A DNA stretch of 64,000 bases from NCBI RefSeq assembly GCF_031769215.1, contig NW_026782359.1, forward strand, positions 62,001 to 126,000. Reading direction: 5' to 3'. Positions 51,656 through 64,000 of this stretch are shown here, in pieces. A model generated the notes under the pieces. That model saw only the letters and a list, made by a program, of their open reading frames with translations. It was not told where the DNA came from and made no database searches. The stretch is from Ylistrum balloti (taxonomy: Eukaryota). Each line of letters starts with the position of its first letter. Positions within the stretch are counted from its first letter, which is position 1. Made by a program: the position numbers and the translations under genes.

Positions 51656-53313
51656 GTTTGCAGGAGTTCTGTGCCTGCCGTGGTGATGCCTGTGTCTATG
51701 GCCACTACTTCCGTTCCTATACCGTTCCATACCATTAGGGTATATCCGGTTGTCGTCCGTCAAATTGTTTCTTGAGTCTTGTCTTTGTGATTCGCTAACT
51801 CGTTGGCGTGTCGCACCTCCATACCCCGTATTTGAATTTGATTCCACGCTGTTGATACCATTGAAGCTAGGAGCTTGTGTAACTGCGGTATCTGCCTTCA
51901 TTTCATCTTCCCTTGATGGTGTTGATGTCGTTGTAGTTGTTGTCGTGGTTGTTGTGGTGGAAGGAGCTGGTATCGCCTCGCCAAATACTGCTTTGCGCAT
52001 TGCAATATATTGAGCTAAAGTTTTCCGTTCTGCTCTTGTTCCTGGTTTAGCTACCAAGATTTTGCCGTTACTAAGCTTCAACACCCATCGCTTTAGGACC
52101 CTGTCCATGGTCCATCTATTGACCGTAAGATTCGGTCTCGTTGCCTCTTCCCTAGATGCTAAATTGTCAATAGCAGCTCGTCGTGTTGTCGGTCTAGGTA
52201 ATGCTGAAGTCGGCTTAGGTGTTGTTGTTGGTTTAGGCGTCGTGGTTGTTGTCGGCCTTGGGGTCGTTGTTGTTGCTGTTGTTGGCTTAGGTGTAGGAGG
52301 TTTTGGTGTTGCGTCATGGATTACAGGCACGATGGAATTATCAAGAACATTGCTGATCACAGTATCGATGGAATTAGCATTCGTGTTTTCAATAGAATTG
52401 CTGACAGCTTGCACTTGAATCTCGTTGTTGTCAGCCGCTGGGGTAGGTGCAATAGGCCTTGGCGTTGCTGTCACTGGTTTAGGTGTTGTCGGAGGCGGGC
52501 TAGGTTTGACTGTAATTGGTTCTGGTGTAGTCGGTTTTGGTGTTGTGGTAGTTGTAGTTGTTGGTTTTGGTGTTGTGGTAGTTGTAGTCGTTGGTTTTGG
52601 TGTTGTGGTTGTTGTAGTTGTTGGTTTTGGTGTTGTGGTTGTTGTAGTTGTTGGTTTTGGTGTTGTGGTAGTTGTAGTCGTTGGTTTTGGTGTTGTGGTA
52701 GTTGTAGTTGTTGGTTTTGGTGTTGTGGTTGTTGTGGTTGTTGGTTGCGGTGTAGTGGTAGTAGTTGTAGTTGTTGGTTTTGATGTTGTGGTAGTTGTGG
52801 TTGTTGGTTTTGGTGTTGTGGTTGGCTTTGGTGTTGTAGTTGTTAGTTGCGGTGTAGTGGTAGTAGTTGGTGTGGTGGTAGTTGGTCTAGCAGTTGGAGC
52901 GTGAGTAGCGGATATGATAATCCTATCGTGGGAAATCTCGTTATCAATCCCATGCACAATATGATGATTCTGATCCCTATCGGAAATTGAAGAACCAGGA
53001 TTGATATCAGGGAGAATGACGTAGCCAGTATCCCGGCCGTCCATGAGTGCAGCAGGACCAGTATCGACGGCGCTTCGGGATGGCTTCGGAGTGGTGGTTG
53101 TGGTTGTAAGCCTAGTAGTGGTTGGTTTTGGAGTTGTTACCTTTGTAGTGGTAGAGGTAGTCGTGGTAATATGGTCTCGACATTTTACTCCAGCAGACGT
53201 GTATCGGCCCGCGCAGAACCTGTGCCTTGTACCCCGTCCATACCCAGGATACCTACACTGCGTAAGGTGGATCTCGTTTCCCCGACAGTGCATATACGAC
53301 ATCCACTTAAAAC
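51656..53313 (-). CDS. LOXL2: Lysyl oxidase-like giant exon: C-terminal half of an SRCR domain plus a ~500-aa Thr/Pro-rich mucin-like linker
   Basis: Acceptor CTCTGTTTCAG and donor AAC|GTGAGT; a 1658-nt open frame in phase with the next exon. It begins WMSYMHCRGNEIHLTQC...CAGRYTSAGVKC (SRCR). Confidence 0.88.
52533..52800 (-). repeat. Coding 30-bp tandem repeat (PKPTTTTTTT decamers)
   Basis: GGTTTTGG recurs every 30 bp from 52533 to 52713, with PQP and SKP variants at ~52743 and ~52776. Confidence 0.95.
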
Positions 53314-56300
53314 CTGAAACAGAGACAAAGAGCTGTGTGATATCAGTATATTGAGGAAATATATTTGATAGACTCATATAGGATATCTTTCTCAGAAACA
53401 TCATCTTGTCAAAATATTTCTTATTGATTGCTATTTTTCATACCGTATATCAAGACTACCGAGGTCATATTGATGTTTCGGTTGACCTCGAGAATCTGGT
53501 AATACCATACAGTATAATTTTCCTTCTTCATCACATTGTATTACGATTTGGATAAAAAAAAGAAACAACACTTAAATTTTGTCACTCGGTCAAATCTGGA
53601 CACAATTTTATACTATTGCTAAATATACGCGGAATATTTTGATATAGAATTCATACTTCAGACACATTTATTCCATATTGTACGATATTAATGTCCCAGA
53701 TAATTTAAACTGTTCGATAATTTGTACCACTGGCAAGGATATTGATATTTTCGGTTTAGAAATATCTAATTTCATTCCCCTATTGATCGCCCCCATTTTA
53801 TGTTTTCAGTAACACGTGGTTGTTTATGATCACCAATAGGTAAGATATTGGCTTACTGTAGAAAGTAGTTCTCATCACCCTAACATTACTATTTTCTTCA
53901 TGTGGGTGCTATCACAGGGAGGATGGGATAGGTGGGGTTACTGTGCGTGACTTAGAACAAGAAACTAAGAACTGGTACAAAAGTCTGTTTAGCAAAGCTT
54001 ACTGAGCACAATAATTTCCTCAATAAAGATTGCTTAAAAGCTTTGTCAGTCGGTATAATGTAGATGTCATCTTTTCCGAGATATTCTGACAGGGTGACAG
54101 TCCGGAAAGGCAGACGGTCAACATTGTCATAATCAGAGAGAACTGTCAATGGAGGCATGAATGTCGAAATCAGGATGACACTCAGGTAGCCATATAATGT
54201 GACAGAGTCGGTATTGAAAGATAGGCAGCCGTCAAAAGACAATTGAAAATATCAAATTACATTGTTTTACCGCTGATAAGTGGTAAATATTCCTGTTAGG
54301 TTTCTGTTTGAATACAAATTTAGTGATATTTTATCAAAAATCTATAATTATACAGATTAAATATAACTAATTTTTTTTAATGCCAACGGATTTCGTAAGA
54401 ACGATAGTTGTGAAAGTATACAATGAGTCAACAGTACGATGTCAATATAAGGAACATTCAAGTGCTGGACATTAATATATTTTACAGCTTTAGATACACA
54501 TCAATTTGTACTGCTATATTGTTAACACAACATGAATGAGGGTTTATGATTGGTTACGACTATAATCCCACCTATCTTTCATTTGATTGGAGAGCTAAAT
54601 AATGACTGATAGGGCAGTTTATAGCAGGGCTGAAGTATGACTGGTATGTGCTGGAGTGCTTTGTAACCTGTGTTAGTACTAAGCTCCATTAGTCACAATC
54701 GTACCACATCAATGCCAAACTTCCATTTCATCGCACCACATTTAGCAAATGATGATTGAGTTGATAAATTAAATCTACATTGCATTTATATCGTGAATCA
54801 AATCGCGTTCGAAACTCCAGTTAGCTAATTTGTGTAAGGTGAACTTGGTTAAGCGTATTGCTAATTATCTGGCTGACTTATTTGATGATGTATGATATTA
54901 TAGTTATATGATAAATAATTGATTTCACAAGCATATTATCTTACATTGATACCAAAACCTACAGCAGGATGCATATACGATTTCAAATAATGGTCATTTA
55001 ATTTAATTCGAAACGTTCACATATTAAAAGCATAATACATCTTCAAAAAGCTTTATTCTTTAAGAGATTAATGACCGAAGTGCTTAATAATATGTGTTTT
55101 AAATTATGATTTAGATAGAATTACACAGCACTAAACGTGATGTTAGTTATGGATGACTAAAGATGAATACCATGAGAATACCAGTTTTCTAGAACTCTAT
55201 CTTAATGGCCCACATTCTGCAGATATTGTACGACATGGAAACAAATAAATGTTGATAAATATATAAGTAATTATTGTAACAATTGAATAGAATTACATTA
55301 CAAACCTGTCGATTAATGATCATATACATTAATTGATAATAACAAACGATCAATATACATGCTATGAGATGTATTTCTTTCTGATATGAAATTGCATCAT
55401 ACATTACTTATCATTACACACTAGAAATGTAGTAGACTGTATATGAAAATACCGTATTCATTATTCAAATAAAAAAAACCAAGACTTATCTTCAAGGTTT
55501 TTTTCGGTCCATTTACCTGTAAGAGCAAATATCATTTTTCTACTGCATTTTTCGGATCAACATTAACAGCTAGATAAAACTAATTCGCTATCGTGACACG
55601 ATTTGTGTAGCGCTGATAATAATCACTGACGAGCGTATACAACAGACGCCAATTATTGCTGATATTAACATTGACAGGGTTTAATTATGACATAACATAT
55701 GTCTTTTCAGTGAACAATATCCGATGTTCCACTCTTGATTGTGAGATAATGATGTGTTTTATTCAAACCATATCCTAATTGTTTTCATTTACTGTATTGC
55801 AGAAGGTTCTATTTAAACATAAGATTCGTGTTTGCACAAATTACGGTCTCCAGATGTCCATCAGAAATGCACACACTTGTGAGATATCAATTAGCTGCTC
55901 TGCTGGTAGGTACTTAGGTTCTTTGATCAAACAGGTGCCCCTTGTAACACTTTCGTGTAGCTCATTACAAATAGAAGGAAATCCACCCTTATTTGACAGC
56001 ACATTCTTTGATTGTCAATTGAGCATACTCAGATAAATTAACAGGAAGTGGATGTTACATACCAAGGGGTTACGATTGTAGCGATAGCCAACCACATGGC
56101 CATATACATGGTCGATATCTAGCGTCAGAATACAAGTACTGGTGGTAAGGGTATTCACCATTACTCTCAAATACTGTTAAACTGTCAGAAAATCAATATC
56201 TGATTCAAGTGACTTTTTGTATCGATACTTACACTTGTTCGACCATTGACAGAATGTTCAATTCTTACGGATTCTAATGCATGCAGAACATATTTTGTGT

Positions 56301-59300
56301 ATCTGTATTTAAATATGTTTTACAGTTTAAGGAGACAGAAACACTTACGTAGAGTAATACATTTTATTATATAAACGGATTCAAACAAATTTCATGTACA
56401 ATACTTCTGTCCATCCTTACGAACAAATACGTATTCACTTACGAGGTAAAGAATGTGTATCCTGTATGGTGATAGACGCTATAAGAAACGTACCGAAATC
56501 TAATAAGGTAAATTTGCACCATTGAATAACATTCCATTCTGATACTATGTAGACGAAAGATTTATTTTGACACTTATATTCGTTCAAATACATTTACGAT
56601 CTCCAGACATGCATTTGTTCATTGTTTGTCGTCTATGTAGCAGGTAAGGTGAGCATGGAGATTAAGGGGGGATTACGTCAGTACATTAAGTGTGGATAAG
56701 GTTATAAGTTATACATATGCCAGAAGTTGCATAGGGCGGGAAATTGTGTTGTGTTTCTTCAACCTGGTAGAGAAAACCTTCGACTCTACCCAACCGGTCG
56801 TTAGTGACCTCTCCATTATGACACAGTAGGACCTTACCACTGATGTATTGCCATGGTACCCTTAAACTAAAGGGTTAATCGGATATAAATGTATTAAAGG
56901 GGAAAGCAGCAATGCTCTGATGAGATGCGACACGAGAACTGTTTATATGTACATTGTCACCAAATTAAGTCGTATCAACTGGCGATTAAGTTTTGAACAA
57001 TGATATATTTTATCAGTATACCGGCATGCAAAACTGTCTAAGATTACGGAATGATATGGACATAATCAAAATGTGATGAACTGCGTGACCAGATCCCTTC
57101 TTTGTGCCCTTGTGAGAGGAAGTGTATTTGTATGTAGTATGTTACTATCCTATACGTGATAATGTACACAAAACCATTAAAACCCAACATTCCGAAATAT
57201 ATGTTAAGTCGCACGTTAGTTTCTGATTTATCTTTGGTTCAATAGAATCACACTAATGAATTAAAAAGGACCGATTTGCTTCACAAATCAGAACTAATTT
57301 GTCTCTACTTAAACTAACTGGTTTTCTAATCGCTGAATTACACCCATATAAGCACCGAGATATTAGATCTGATTCTCAACATCAATCACATAGAAACTAC
57401 GCTATGCCTTCAAACTGTACCACGGCTTTGAGACCTGGCCACCTAAATGGATTCCTTCAAACGTAAATGAATGCTCATTGGTCTAACATGGGCTTCAAAG
57501 GGCTAGGGTCAACCTGATGTCAACCCTACCAATTTACACCTTTAGAGGAAATTAAGGAGCTGAAAGGTATTGTGATTAGCTACTTGTGCGAGTGGCTACA
57601 AATCTTTGTCGCACGCATCATTGACAACAAATCACTTGGCAACATGAAAATAAACTACTGATGGGCCGTAAAATAAACGTCTCGAATACCTGCCGAATAC
57701 TTTAGATTGTCAAAAGAAGCCTTTTGTTGCACAAACACAAATCAAACACGAGATGATTAAATCAAATGTGTTTTTTCTTACTTTGAAATAAAACAACAAA
57801 TGTTTCATGTAAAAGGGCATTAAAACGTTAATTGTTTCTACAATTACTTTGAAAGTATCACGTATTTCTTGCTAATGTTTGCGGTTGTTTGTGTCTAGAC
57901 TCTGGGTGTTGACATATTCCTTTTCTCTGTATTAGGACATACAGGATAAATTTATTTCGCTGACACACAAATCACGTAACCACTGTCCGACAAATAAGAG
58001 CTACATATACAAATAAGAATACTATCATGACTTATTTGTCATAGTTTGTTATTTTCCTAGATTTGACAATAAGTAACAAGTCGCCATTCCTTTACTACTG
58101 AAGTAAGCGATGTCATATAGTTTACATGTACTTATATCCATTATGAATTATGCATTCGGTTATTCAACTTCGACAGAATATGAAATATCGAATAATTAAA
58201 ATGGACAGTAGTTACTTTTGATTGTGTTGAATTGTTTTGATTTAGTGAAAAGAAATCGTTTACATCATTACAAGTGAACATGGTGTAGGTTGCAAAACAG
58301 ATATCACTTCATGTGCCTACAGCACTGTTTTCCTCAAGCTGGTATATATATATGTATATATATTTAAAGATAAATCCTCACATTTGAATACGTCAGATGA
58401 GGTAGTATTATCTGTCAGCTACAGCTGTGTTTGTTTAACATGGCAGAAATATTATGACATGTTTTCGTACGGATTCATGTGGTATCATTTTGATGTGTTA
58501 ACTTAGTAAACCATATCGTCATTTAGAAGAGGAAACGAACGTCCCGCAGTAAACATAACCATCATTAAACTCCATATAGGTTACAAGCGATGGTCGTATG
58601 TAACCGTCCCGGATACAGAAACATGATCAGAATGCTATCAAACACAAAATATCTTTTGTGCTTTGTGTATTATTGACATAATTAATACAAACAGTGCTTA
58701 CAAAAGCTCACAGCAGACTCTGTACACGCATGTTTATACATTAAAATTTAACAGTTGGTTATAAAACAAAGAGTGTACATTAAACATAGGATCGTTATTT
58801 ACGCGGTATTGATATCTATATTCCTAAATCCATGGATTCTGGATGATTAATGTGGTGACCATCCCGTCTGATAGAATTGTACATAAGGCGCTCCAGTGAA
58901 TATTACTTTCTTGTTACACACACTATGACACAATTATCATACTGCGTCATACGAATGTTTTGTATCTAGGGGTCTGAAGTATCGACACAAGATGTTCCTG
59001 AAGTAATTACGGGTGTAAATTACCAGACTGCCAGGAAGAAGTTAACGTCAGGAAGTAAAAATCATCGGAATCATGGAAATTGCTTGGGACACGTCACGGT
59101 GGTGATTAGGTTTTGAACAGATTGGCTCTGGTACACGTCATAATATCATGTCAGAATCAGTAAAGTGTTTCTGTCGTTCCTTTGCTAATTGGTATGTTTC
59201 TTGCAATATAAACGCCCATAGGATGTTGACCTAGCAAGCGTTCTCTTGTTATGATGTTAGTAGTGAATATTGTTTTCCTGGATCGTCTAGACTCTTGTTT

Positions 59301-62300
59301 TCATTTCCATCTAACGATATGTACTATGACCTTCAGATATAGATATTTCATCAATTTCGTTTCTTTACACCGTACAATACAATGATATATATTTGCTATA
59401 GGACATAGCAATATTTATGTACGTGGAAACTGTATCATAAGATTGAAGTCGACTTCTTAATACTGAAATTTTGTGGTTTTCACAAAATCGTCACAAACCA
59501 GCACTTCATATCAGTTTTACATAACGTAAAACTGAGCAAATTATTTGTCACGAAAAACTTACACGTGCATATCCTCATCTGTAACGTCATCACTGAATCA
59601 CACAAAGAAAACACAATGAAACAATTTCATTACGAAAACATAATCATGTCATTATGTCATGATTTGAGTATTCGTAGTTTAAACTCCCGACATTGCAGTT
59701 ATTATGAATAAACCCATTCTCATGTTATTATGATATCATACACAGGAAGTCCCTGATAATAATGAAAACACGCCAATAATGTCTGGTTTCACTTGTATGT
59801 CCTATGAAAGGTTTCACGTTACAAACGGCATACAACAGCGTTAATATCATATTTACACAGTGTGCACACTGAATTAAAGCAGATATAGGATTACAATATC
59901 ATTACTTTTTATCATCAGAGAACAAATAATATTCCGGAGAATTATATCATTCCTTACCCTGTTTTTCGATGAAAGGTTGCTACGCAGCAGGCTATGCCTC
60001 GAGTGATAAGATACAGATGGTCACACAATAGTTTACAACTCTGATGCGAAGGTCATCCTCCATATTTTCAATTACATGGTGACGTTAGGATAAAGTCCAT
60101 TATGTTATTTCCACATCTGGTTTTGTAAATGCTGGCACACTTCGTTGTTATATTACACTGTACCATTATATGGTTTTAAATATACAAATTCAAATGTTGG
60201 CGTGATTTTATATGATTTATGTTGCATTCATTTAAAATATAAACATGAATTAAGTGTACGAATGACGCCCATCTGCAGCACATGGACACATAAACAACAT
60301 GGTTTTGAAATGATGTTCACTTATACTCTGATTTCATTTTGCTGTGAGTTCTTCCTACCTACGTGGGGATCAGTACTGGATTAAAATGTCCATTAGTATG
60401 CTACCGTAAAGCTAACACATTGTCGTGTTTGAAAGTTTGACGTAAAAGCATTGATTACGGTCAGTTAAAAGGGGGAAATAAAGAACGAATGAGATAATAA
60501 AAAAGGAAAAAAACGTCTTGACGTATAAACAATCTCAACATTAAAAACCTTGCCAATAAACAAAAAATCCACAAAGTGTTCCGACTTAAAGTGAGGGCCC
60601 AATAGGGTATAAATAGTTTACTGGTAGTGGTAGAGATAATGAGATTGTTACAGGAGCATGCATTTAAAATACCAATTAAAGAATAATGAAATTAATCAGT
60701 GTGTAGATGATGTCACTATCCATGTGACAATAGTACACTTTCATTTTCAGTTTCGTGACGTATTCATTTTTCTGGGTTTTCCTGCTATCGCATGGAACGC
60801 AGTTTTTTTCTGTAAGGTTTCGTTATGTGATCTCCTACAGACCTACTAACATTCCGCGATAAACTCAAGTCTGTCAGTCACAATTATGTACTGATAGGAA
60901 ACTACAAAACCCACCAAACCCACTTAAAATGTGTCTGTATACGTGTTTACTCACCACGTACAGTACTATGGAAACACACAGCCAGTTTTTATTAAAAACA
61001 CATCGTCTCTCAAACCCCTCCAGCCTTTATTATTTGATCGTTAGTTGCAATTATAATTTAATGTTAATTATACCCTAGATTACATTTCAATGATGATACT
61101 TCCCAGTATTGCACCCGATGATAGTTTCAGAGAACGTTTAGGCTAATTTTATTCTACTTACCTACAACATAAGCAGAAAACGACATATTAAACTGTCTTA
61201 ATTGGCAATGCATAATTTGACAACGAGAGACTAAATATTCACAGTGAAATGAATGACACAGTCTAGATACTACCCTTGAACTAGTTACTGCATCTATTTA
61301 ATGCCTGAGAGAACCCCAAAGATAGCAATGTCATTTAGTATACGTTCTAAATTGTTCGCTGAAACATTATTGCGACATTGGAGGAATTCACATTTAAATA
61401 ATGAATGACTAGGAATAATTTTCCCATTACACGGTTGTACTTTTGTATTGCATGATATCACATAACCCATAGAGATACTTGAAACCATAACTGTAACCTA
61501 CAAGGTAAGAAACAGTTGTTTGTAGATGAATATTATTAGAACATATGGAAATTGTATTGTTTTGTAAGGATGTAGTATCAAAAACATCACGAAGGAGTTA
61601 GTTTAATAATATGATATAATTAGGAATGCAGAAGTAGAGCATAAGGATCTTTTACATTGCAAAGGTTATGCAGTAACCTGTTGTGATGTCTATAATTTCT
61701 AAGTGATTAAGCAGACTTATTGAAATCCAAAGATCGCCACCACATGAGGTGTTATAACCCTGTAAAATGTTAATGGCAAATACGCACCTGTAATCTGTAA
61801 TTTGTTATGTAACGCCTGCACATCACGTCATTCCTAACTCGGTACATGCCCACGTTTTACTACATATTTTGAAGAGTGCATATTTGTAAGATGTTAGATA
61901 ACGACGAGATTCCGCACGTGGTTCTGAAGACGTCCACTTAACATTGCATTGGTTCGGAGCCATTATGGTTTCACTGCAGCATTTACGTGATTTTAACAGA
62001 AAGGATACAATCATCAGAGAGGTAGAACTAGTAATTATTTCTAATGGCTATCTTTCTTCAAACTGTCTGGTCCAAATCAACCATTTCCACAAATAATTGG
62101 TTTACGACATAAATGCAAATTATGCAAACTACGCACCTTTACCTCAAATATTTTGCTGACTTGTTATTTTAAGAGTTGTTATATAACATAATTACGCATG
62201 TTCTCATTTATATATTTTTATGATGTGTGTGAAACTGAAATAGATAAAAATCTTTAATTGAGGAAATTGTTAAAGCGAAATGGTACCTCTATCTCTTCCT

Positions 62301-64000
62301 CACTGTTTCAGCTACGATAACGCACACCTGTTGATTTATGTGGTGTGAGAGAGGGTTGCAAGCTTCGATGGTCACTTGAAAGAACGTGTTTAAGACTATA
62401 AGATCCGGTAGGCCTACTGACTTTCAGAACGCTTTCATCATTGAAATTACTTTTCGCTCTCAGTATTACAAACTTGGAAGGTTAATGGAATTGTATCCTT
62501 AAGTAATTTCAGGATGCTGATGTAAGGTAGTATTAAGCCTTGAAGCATTGAACGATACATATATAAACTACATTTTTGAAAACTTCACTAAATATGCTGG
62601 TTTAAGTTCACAATGCTTGTGCAAAAAGGATATGTTAAAGCTATTGTGAAAAGGATGGCTATCTACCATACAAATGACCTACTGGCCCAGGGTTTAGAAC
62701 AAAGGAACCCCTGCGTGCTGTTTTCTCACACAGATGATGAATGGGCAGCATTGTTCAAATATGTAACCGACACACAGTCTCATATTGTTTATATGTACAT
62801 TCTCCACGTAAGCCATTCACATTTTGTCACAAGTCTAGTGAGTATGACGTCTAACAGTACTAGATTTCCGAGTTAAAAATGTCTGACATAGTTATATTTT
62901 GGCGTTATTCTTTTCCGGGATCTGGTTTTATATAAATATTTCTAAAATACTGTTTCTTTTATCTTCAGCATTATGTGTAATAACACCAATGACCATGTAA
63001 GAATAGCATTAATACCAACATGTCAGCAGAATATACAAAACAGGTAAAACATTGAACAAAACAACGTTTTACACAGAGATCATCGAAAAAGTACTAAGAG
63101 GATAAAATCAAGTGTTCCGGAAGGGTCTGTGTCTTCAGCTTTATCAACGACATATGCAAGTAAATAACATCATTTTGTGAAAACGAAATCACCAGGCCAA
63201 CCAACATTGCGAGAACAAATCTAAGGAGATCATTTCCCAATGATATCACAGTTGCGATCATAAAACTTCCCTAAATTTCGTTAAACGTCCATCTCTCAAA
63301 ACCCTGTGGTGTCATTCTGTTTGTCAACTGCGGGTATTTTGAATGAAGAATCGTGATATTAGGACCAACGCCTCGATTATTTAATTGATTGTGGCATGAC
63401 AAACCTATAGGATTGGAGGCTTGGATATTACTAGAAACTATAACTAGAAACAGAATCTTAACGCTAGGGAACAATTCGAAAATCACTTTATCATACAGGT
63501 TAGTAGAAAGCTGTTAATGTTGTACCAAACAGAAAAGTTAGCTACCTTTCTCAGACATCCACTTTAAAAAGGTCTGGCGTTCAAATCTCCACATTTAGTT
63601 TAAGTCGGAAGGGATAAAATATATATGAGATAAGCTAGACTTGTATTACACAATTTGACCTTGTTGTAATCATGGTATAAGTCTTGTATATATATACATG
63701 TCTTGATATATGTTTAAAAGTCAATGCTAGTTATATTTCCCCTAACCATGTCGAAAAAAGATGAAAGGCTTCACAGTAATATAGAAATGGTGTTACAAAA
63801 ATAACATCGGCATTATTAAACAGTTAGCTACATCTTTTTTCTTTGAAGACAAGCGGTGTGTTCGGATGCTGATGTATTGTTATAAATGTGGTTTCTTTGT
63901 TTGCACTTACAATAATATAAAGGAATTCTTCTATTGTCTGATTTTGTATCTGGAAATGCTTGAGAAAATCTGGTTATGTATGCTAGGTCACTACAAATCT

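Noticed and set aside
51750-53354. Plus-strand Val/Gly-rich and Cys/Trp-rich ORFs
   Set aside because: They are antisense shadows of the Thr/Pro coding repeats.
53314-53404. N-terminus MMFLRKISY... of the 589-aa ORF
   Set aside because: It lies upstream of the splice acceptor at 53314, so it is intronic read-through.
63271-63486. 71-aa minus-strand ORF with a hydrophobic start as the possible LOXL signal-peptide exon
   Set aside because: It has a non-ATG start, no SRCR similarity and no convincing splice donor.

Overview
AT-rich eukaryotic (animal) genomic DNA with spliced genes. It is most likely a bivalve mollusc such as a scallop; this is inferred from base composition, gene content and repeat types. 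Nothing in the window is prokaryotic, and there is no CRISPR array. Three host genes lie on the minus strand. (1) A PAAT/C10orf88 homolog has four coding exons at 7545-4131, and its last exon(s) lie beyond position 1. Its last visible intron holds two related 43-44 bp satellites that seem to derive from the splice-donor junction. (2) An FFAR4/GPR120-like class A GPCR has an intronless CDS at 18726-17590. (3) A LOXL2/3/4-type lysyl oxidase has eight exons at 53313-41888, with its 5' exons not found. It keeps an intact copper/LTQ catalytic signature and has an unusual ~500-aa Thr/Pro/Lys mucin-like insert between two SRCR domains. The human counterparts of all three genes lie on chromosome 10q. 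Intergenic and intronic DNA contains a decayed LINE with internal 66-bp and 38-bp tandem repeats, several inverted Penelope-like (PLE) retroelement fragments, decayed hammerhead-ribozyme motifs, dispersed PLE tail repeats, and an N-riddled (ACT)n-rich region at 33.97-35.08 kb. Exon boundaries were worked out by hand from GT/AG signals and reading-frame continuity. Most short ORFs in the supplied track are spurious, and many start at TTG/GTG.
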